Assembly: GCA_964035545.1 (NCBI GenBank)
Contig: CAXIUT010000016.1
Coordinates: forward strand, 1 to 24,814
Length of the DNA stretch: 24,814 nt
Reading direction: 5' to 3'
From: Bugula neritina
Lineage: Eukaryota > Animalia > Bryozoa
Shown here in pieces: positions 21,701 through 24,814 of this stretch. How positions within the stretch are numbered: the stretch's first letter is position 1; each line of letters opens with the position of its first letter. The position numbers were made by a program, and so were the translations under genes. The notes under the pieces were generated by a model that had not been told where the DNA came from, searched no databases, and was given only the letters and a program-made list of their open reading frames with translations.

Positions 21701-23790
21701 ATGGCATCACCACTGTATGAGTTAGCTGATCTATTGAGCACGTTCAACTTGAACTGAGACTAGAAGCCGTGATGTGTAATTTCTAAATTTTAGAACTTAG
21801 AAGAAAGAATCAACTTATTATCAGCTTCAGAATCTTTTAAGAAGAAGAGAGTTGAAGTTTTCATCTAAGGCGATGATGATGTGTTGTAGTTGGAGTGGTT
21901 TGAACCTGAAGAGTTGGTGTAGTTGGCATAGGTGGAGTTAGTGTGGTTGAAGTTGGAGTGGTTTGAACCTGAAGAGTTGGTGTAGTTGGTGTAGGTCGAG
22001 TTAGTGTGGTTGTAGTTGGAGTGGTTTGAACCTGAAGAGTTGGTGTAGTTGGCATAGGTGGAGTTAGTGTGGTTGTAGTTGGAGTGGTTTGAACCTGAAG
22101 AGTTGGTGTAGTTGGTGTAGGTCGAGTTAGTGTGGTTGTAGTTGGAGTGATTTGAACCTGAAGAGTTGGTGTAGTTGGCATAGGTGGAGTTAGTGTGGTT
22201 GTAGTTGGAGAGTGATCTATAAACCCATTCTTTGACAGCGTAAGTGCCATTCACAGTAGTATTGCAGAGAGTTAAGGCTGTAAGTGGATATTCAGGATTG
22301 GGATCTATTCCAAGCTCTTTAAATGAGAGGACATCTGATAGATAAGAATTTGCATTTGTATTTGGGCTATTAGAGAAGTCATCAACAAGAATTCTTTCTC
22401 TCATAAAAATGATTTCATTTTCTACTATTTAATAAGCTTGTTCTACAAGTTTTTGAGTTGTCCAGTTGCTATAGTAAGTATCGTTCCTGACCAATATAAA
22501 TCTTTCGTCCATGACAAGTCGTGTAGCTGGTCTCCAACTAACATAAGAATTATTAACTGTCTTAAGGAAAAGTTCAGGTTCTCTGAAGTTGAGGTCATTA
22601 ATCTTGTTTTGTATATAGTCTACTTTTTTGAACAACAAGTGTCTTTGAGTGACTGGCCTTTGGGTTGTCTCCTAGTAATAAGATGAATTTGAATAATTAT
22701 ATCTTTGGTATGTGTAATTGTAAGTTTAATTAGTGTAGTTAAGACCAAAAGAAGTAAGTTCAGGAGAACACAACAAGTCGATGTCAATCCAAGGTCCATA
22801 ATAGTTTTATCCTTTGATTCCATTGACTTGAACCTTTTCAATGAAAATAAGATTAGCTCCATTATCATTGAAGACATAAATACTTAAGTTTGCCTAAAGA
22901 ACTTTAGTGTAAGTATAATAAGTATCAATGACTTTTGTTTCAGTTGCATAGACTATAAGTCTTCCTGATGCTCCTTTGATTTTAAAATTTTGAAGATTTT
23001 CTGGGAAGGAAAAGAGAAGGCTAAAGTTTGCATAGTTTCTATTGAACTTATAGAGTTTGGATGAAGATACAAAGTAAATTAGATCTTAACTAGCAACTTA
23101 AGGATTCCATTAAGAAGAAGAAGGAGGATTAACTGCAGACACATACATCCAGTTGGTGCTTGCTTGATAGAGAGTCATCTTTTATGTTGAGTTTGTTGAG
23201 TTTGAAGTATAATTACTTGCATTATTCTTCTTTTCAGTGAAAGATATAAGCGAGCAGTCTTCATTTACCATGAACTCATTTTTAAAATCATGTATAGCTC
23301 CATTATCCGAACTGAAAGTAGTCAAAGGGAAGGTTCCAAGGACAGTCAACCCAGTTTTATTCCACCTGAGAAGGCCTATTTGTAAAGTTATTTCATCATA
23401 AATGACAGAACAACTAAGGCTATCATTAGAACTAACTACATAACGCCACCTACCAGAGTAAATCGTTTAATAAGTAGATAACTTGAAAGTAGTAGGATAC
23501 CAGTTCATGGCATCACCACTGTATGAGTTAGCTGATCTATTGAGCACGTTCAACTTGAACTGAGACTAGAAGCCGTGATGTGTAATTTCTAAATTTTAGA
23601 ACTTAGAAGAAAGAATCAACTTATTATCAGCTTCAGAATCTTTTAAGAAGAAGAGAGTTGAAGTTTTCATCTAAGGCGATGATGATGTGTTGTTTGGACT
23701 GTAAGTAATATTAGAATGAGAACTATTGTTCTGGGCACTAGCTAAAGTAGCTATGATAAGAATCACACCTAGTATCATGATGCTTTTCAT
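760..23790 (-). CDS. Giant (~7,670 aa) type I transmembrane cell-surface glycoprotein, ciliate code (TAA/TAG=Gln); frameshifts in the repeat array are probably sequencing errors
   Basis: Starts MKSIMILGVILIIATLASAQNNSS at ATG 23790 and ends ...DIFEKGFN-TGA at 760-762. Manual reading found no in-frame TGA from 9165 to 763 (~2,800 codons) or from 23790 to 19708. The supplied ORFs starting at 990, 1464, 3279, 4935, 6954, 7524, 8250 and 8679 share one frame and are separated only by TAA/TAG. Small indels between ~9170 and 14470 and at ~19705 shift the frame relative to sibling repeat copies. Confidence 0.85.
916..981 (-). other. Transmembrane helix MIGAAAGGVALIIILVIAVILI followed by a KRHR stop-transfer
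   Basis: About 22 hydrophobic residues with a GxxxG motif, then a positive-inside basic cluster and a ~50-aa tail to the stop. Confidence 0.92.
1048..1335 (-). other. Juxtamembrane SEA-like domain 2 with a G-S-T-I-L motif (putative)
   Basis: NYVSFKIVI-helix(LDTILADLFSIIRAILSIL)-AITFKDLRNGSTILEGTA-helix(PEEAAQTLSAGLAQG)-YQVTGTEITA. The beta-alpha-beta-beta-alpha-beta pattern and the GS hairpin resemble the SEA GSVVV motif. Confidence 0.55.
1342..2397 (-). other. Cys-rich CxxC furin-like/VSP-like repeat stalk 2 (~350 aa)
   Basis: CAPGCTNCQCTACIQGYAF...CKSPCLTCKGSKRNCLTCIDGYTRKKWKC. Colinear with stalk 1 at an offset of about 4.08 kb. Confidence 0.9.
2404..5094 (-). other. Module 2 beta-rich ectodomain (~895 aa), diverged paralogue of module 1
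   Basis: EPQPEIKS vs APQPELTS; FKLQVFNRS vs FTLKVLNRS; SSQDLMYHISNNKLYKY vs SSDDLMYHVFSNKLYKV; YSFPSYQTYKIKS vs YSFPSYQTFKIKS; DFYWTY in both. Confidence 0.8.
5110..5415 (-). other. SEA-like domain 1 (putative)
   Basis: IFVGFKFCL-helix(VVLANIDSIVVGLLTII)-VTFESIVQSDNGSHTILEGSL-helix(MADTLKQGLAQG)-YTTSCIEIT. Paralogous to the juxtamembrane domain. Confidence 0.5.
5422..6483 (-). other. Cys-rich CxxC furin-like/VSP-like repeat stalk 1 (~350 aa)
   Basis: CPPGCTSCDCTACIEAYAY...CKACAPGCIQC...CRQPCKTCAGSLTRCTSCVDGFIQKGWKC. The CxxCxxxCxxC...CxxCxxG[YF] periodicity is typical of furin-like Cys-rich repeats. Confidence 0.9.
6490..9165 (-). other. Module 1 beta-rich ectodomain (~890 aa); its N-half is homologous to the 499-aa repeat domain
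   Basis: Shared motifs with the repeat unit: DKKLIFSPKFQSLE vs DNKLILSSKFQNLE; VVFKRVDY vs LLFKKVDY; LLLRNDS vs ILVRNDT; EEAYEIVGNNMVFLRQR vs EQAYQIVENEIIFMRER. Confidence 0.8.
9185..9672 (-). repeat. 63-bp Asn-rich linker 8 (~8 units, most diverged)
   Basis: Eight NSSGS cores, private variants (STSNNY, CAT codons) and a 7-nt gap near 9492. Confidence 0.9.
11168..11413 (-). repeat. 63-bp Asn-rich linker 7 (4 units)
   Basis: Variant order NN, NN, TS, TN; same as linkers 2 and 4. Confidence 0.93.
12909..13281 (-). repeat. 63-bp Asn-rich linker 6 (6 units)
   Basis: Variant order NN, AN, TN, AN, TN, AN, with the SNFNHT variant shared with linker 1. One extra T near 13241. Confidence 0.93.
14781..15089 (-). 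repeat. 63-bp Asn-rich linker 5 (5 units)
   Basis: Variant order NN, AN, AN, TN, AN. Confidence 0.93.
16587..16832 (-). repeat. 63-bp Asn-rich linker 4 (4 units)
   Basis: Variant order NN, NN, TS, TN; same as linker 2. Confidence 0.93.
18330..18638 (-). repeat. 63-bp Asn-rich linker 3 (5 units)
   Basis: Variant order NN, TN, TN, TN, TN. Confidence 0.93.
20140..20385 (-). repeat. 63-bp Asn-rich linker 2 (4 units)
   Basis: Variant order NN, NN, TS, TN after NSTY. Confidence 0.93.
21883..22210 (-). repeat. 63-bp Asn-rich linker 1 (5 units; the SDQVSP junction is removed by an exact 63-bp deletion)
   Basis: Encodes (NSTY[A/T]NYTNSSGSNHSN[Y/F]NHT)n and joins RSL directly to SNYNHT. Confidence 0.92.
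23734..23790 (-). other. Signal peptide MKSIMILGVILIIATLASA
   Basis: Basic n-region (K), hydrophobic core, and an A-S-A (-3,-1) cleavage motif followed by Q. Confidence 0.85.
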
Positions 23791-24745
23791 ATCTCCTTGC
23801 TTAATAATTATAATGAAATACGCGTCAACTCACGCTATTAAATCCCCATACGACTAAATAACCTAATTCATTCTGATAAATTAACAATCAAGCATATAAA
23901 TAAACCATCATACAACTCAAATTTCTTTTAAATAGTTGATTTTTACTCATTTTTAACTGATTTTGCTAGTTCTTACCTTTTTTTTCAAGTAGGACTTATA
24001 TTTCAAAATTGTTTATTCCAAATAAAATATCAAAAATACACTTTCATTATTATCAACTAATTCCTTTGAAAATGACATTGTATATTTTGTCTCTTACCTT
24101 CTATCTTGATAAAATTTATCTCAAACTAATAAAAAACCACATCTTTTATTCTTTAACATTATTTTTCATAGTAGAGCTTATTTTTTGTAAACTGGCCTTA
24201 AATTGATCATATCAATCAAACTGAAAGAAGACTAAAGATTTCTGTGTCTTCTGGTTGCCTACTTAAGCAAGAGTTTCAGAAAAAGTTAGTTATCAGAATT
24301 AAAAATCAGATCAAATTATAATCAAAGTTTATCTATTTCCAAGTCCAAAATTACTAAGGTGGTTTGCTTTTGATCTTTAAAATCACAAAAAAGTTTAAAG
24401 TTTAAAAGCTAGAAAGATAAGTTTAACTCTTTGGATATCTTCAATTGAGGAATATTGAAGTTTTCCTCTGAATAGCCTGTAACATACTCTAATAATTACT
24501 TTGTATTTTGATTGTTCGTTCAATTATTTATTGTACAGTTGCTGATCAAGAGTATTAATGATGCATCATAGCCTAATTTTTGAGAATTATCAAGATCCCC
24601 AAGAATTAAAACGCTTAAAAGATTCTCTTCATTTACTTATGCCGACTTAAACTTGATATATTATCAAGAATTATCATTGATATCATCAACTATGACTTTA
24701 GTTTTAAGATAAATATAAATTTAACTCATAAACAACATACTAAAA

Positions 24746-24814
24746 GGGGTTGGGGTTGGGGTTGGGGTTGGGGTTGGGGTTGGGGTTGGGGTTGGGGTTG
24801 GGGTTGGGGTTGGG
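24746..24814. repeat. Right telomere, (GGGGTT)n
   Basis: Perfect GGGGTT repeats to the last base. They are the reverse complement of the left end, with the G-strand running 5'->3' towards the terminus, so the molecule is complete. Confidence 0.98.

Larger units (their letters stand above)
9185..23693 (-). repeat. Intragenic tandem array of 8 near-identical coding units (1497-bp constant part plus 63-bp VNTR linker; periods ~1743/1806/1869 bp)
   Basis: The anchor 'gttttcatctaaggcgatgatgatgtgttg' recurs near 11142, 12883, 14755, 16561, 18304, 20114, 21857 and 23663. Spacings equal 1743+63n apart from small indels. The constant part translates QMKTSTLFFLKDSEADNKLILSSKFQNLE...CNTTVNGTYAVKEWVYRSL. 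Confidence 0.97.

Noticed and set aside
9185-22210. 63-bp repeats or 1.8-kb units as a CRISPR array or transposon copies
   Set aside because: No unique spacers, cas genes, terminal repeats, target duplications or transposase. Periods are multiples of 3 and in frame within one eukaryotic CDS.
1761-22877. Off-frame minus-strand ORFs (2064-2615, 6132-6461, MSSMIMEL..., MTKFHLTQ...) as separate genes
   Set aside because: Alternative frames overlapping the main frame, which shows the coherent CxxC, domain homology and sequon patterns.
951-22887. Plus-strand ORFs (e.g. 1840-2178, 7486-7791, repeated MFYKFLSC... and MVCVIVSL...)
   Set aside because: Antisense shadows of the minus-strand gene. They recur only because the DNA is repeated and have no recognisable protein features.
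760-23790. Calling the gene a pseudogene, or a PCSK5/furin protease
   Set aside because: The many TAA/TAG are sense codons and the indels look like read errors. Only furin-like Cys repeats are present and I saw no subtilase catalytic motifs.
24009-24471. ORF 24009-24206 and a TGA-free + frame at ~24076-24471 as a second gene
   Set aside because: The TGA-free frame has no ATG and both have low-complexity AT-driven composition. Such open stretches are expected when TGA is the only stop.

Overview
This window is a complete telomere-to-telomere linear chromosome of 24.8 kb, with (CCCCAA)n at 1-86 and (GGGGTT)n at 24746-24814. It looks like a ciliate macronuclear gene-sized chromosome. The many short ORFs in the supplied track are an artefact of the standard code. 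With TAA/TAG=Gln and TGA=stop, almost the whole molecule is one apparently intronless minus-strand gene (ATG 23790 to TGA 760, about 7,670 codons) encoding a giant type I membrane surface protein. From N- to C-terminus it has: a signal peptide; 8 almost identical ~499-aa beta-rich domains, each followed by a variable-length linker of 21-aa Asn-rich repeats with 5 N-glycosylation sequons per repeat; two diverged copies of a ~1,360-aa module (double beta-rich domain, CxxC furin/VSP-like Cys-rich stalk, SEA-like domain); a TM helix; and a ~50-aa cytoplasmic tail. Positions 760-9165 and 19708-23790 read without interruption. Between them are about 15 small indels, mostly in homopolymers and probably long-read or consensus errors, so gene intactness needs checking. 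I cannot assign a species or named protein family from sequence alone.
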